Of a stretch of 64,000 nt of DNA, positions 63,652-64,000 are shown piece by piece. Within the stretch, counting starts at the first letter, position 1, and every line of letters starts with the position of its first letter. The position numbers were made by a program, and so were the translations under genes. The stretch comes from Peribolospora baueri. Taxonomy: Eukaryota. A model generated the notes under the pieces. The model was not told the DNA's origin. It made no database searches and worked only from the letters and a program-made list of their open reading frames with translations. The DNA is taken from positions 186,001-250,000 of the forward strand of contig JAMDHS010000023.1 in the NCBI GenBank assembly GCA_029717555.1. The letters are read 5' to 3'.

Positions 63652-64000
63652 ATGACGCTAAGCGAGGTGGACGGGAATTATTTCGACGAGGCAGCTCCGC
63701 GCCGGCCATCGACTGCTGTCGGCGAGCGAGACGGTCGTGCAGTCAAGAACAACAGGGACATGGGGGACGGGGGTTGGTTTCGGCAGAGTCAAAGCGTCCC
63801 TCCGTCGCCGACGGGCGCTGTTGGAAACAAGGCGCCGTTGGCACTGGGACAGCCGTCTCAACCCCTGTCAGCCCGGCCGACGCGTAACAACACGCCTTCG
63901 CCGCCACGTTCACCTCAGGTTCCTCTTTCTGCCCCTGTATCCTCTCCCAAAGCTAAGCCCACCGCGGCTTCGGCGGTCATCAGAGACCAGCAAGGCGGCC
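63652..64000 (+). CDS. 5' part of a gene running off the window; Pro/Ser-rich N-terminus (possibly a polo-like kinase N-terminus, unverified)
   Basis: ATG at 63652 in a CACTC/CT-rich context. Frame open to the window end (MTLSEVDGNYF...TPSPPRSP...AVIRDQQGG). Confidence 0.45.
   Translation, partial: MTLSEVDGNYFDEAAPRRPSTAVGERDGRAVKNNRDMGDGGWFRQSQSVPPSPTGAVGNKAPLALGQPSQPLSARPTRNNTPSPPRSPQVPLSAPVSSPKAKPTAASAVIRDQQGG

Noticed and set aside
1..64000. tRNA genes, CRISPR arrays, transposons
   Set aside because: No cloverleaf with A/B boxes, regular repeat-spacer array, transposase/RT motifs or terminal repeats recognised by eye. tRNAscan-SE and RepeatModeler would be needed to exclude them.

Overview
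GC-rich, intron-rich eukaryotic DNA. Gene content and short GT-AG introns with CTGAC/CTAAC branch sites point to a basidiomycete fungus. The window holds about 22 protein-coding loci. Those that read intact are SPA2, transportin KAP104, NAB2, a CFEM protein, an ADP1-type ABCG transporter, MnSOD, RCC1, an MP88-like mannoprotein, DNA polymerase kappa, Ap4A phosphorylase, neutral ceramidase, TAF12, dephospho-CoA kinase, NoxD/PRO41 and SEY1. Four loci look broken. (1) A ~750-bp AT-rich mitochondrial SSU rRNA fragment (NUMT) sits directly upstream of an orphan terminal exon encoding motif X of a C5 DNA methyltransferase, which suggests a DNMT1-like gene was deleted and patched with mtDNA. (2) A FAD-linked (BBE-like) oxidase gene has its middle ~1.27 kb inverted and frameshifted. 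(3) An ANT1-like peroxisomal carrier has several frameshifts and deletions. (4) COG5 is cut off mid-protein. Together these may indicate ongoing gene loss in a redundant (hybrid or duplicated) genome. Gene models were read by eye, and family assignments come from recalled motifs, not database searches.
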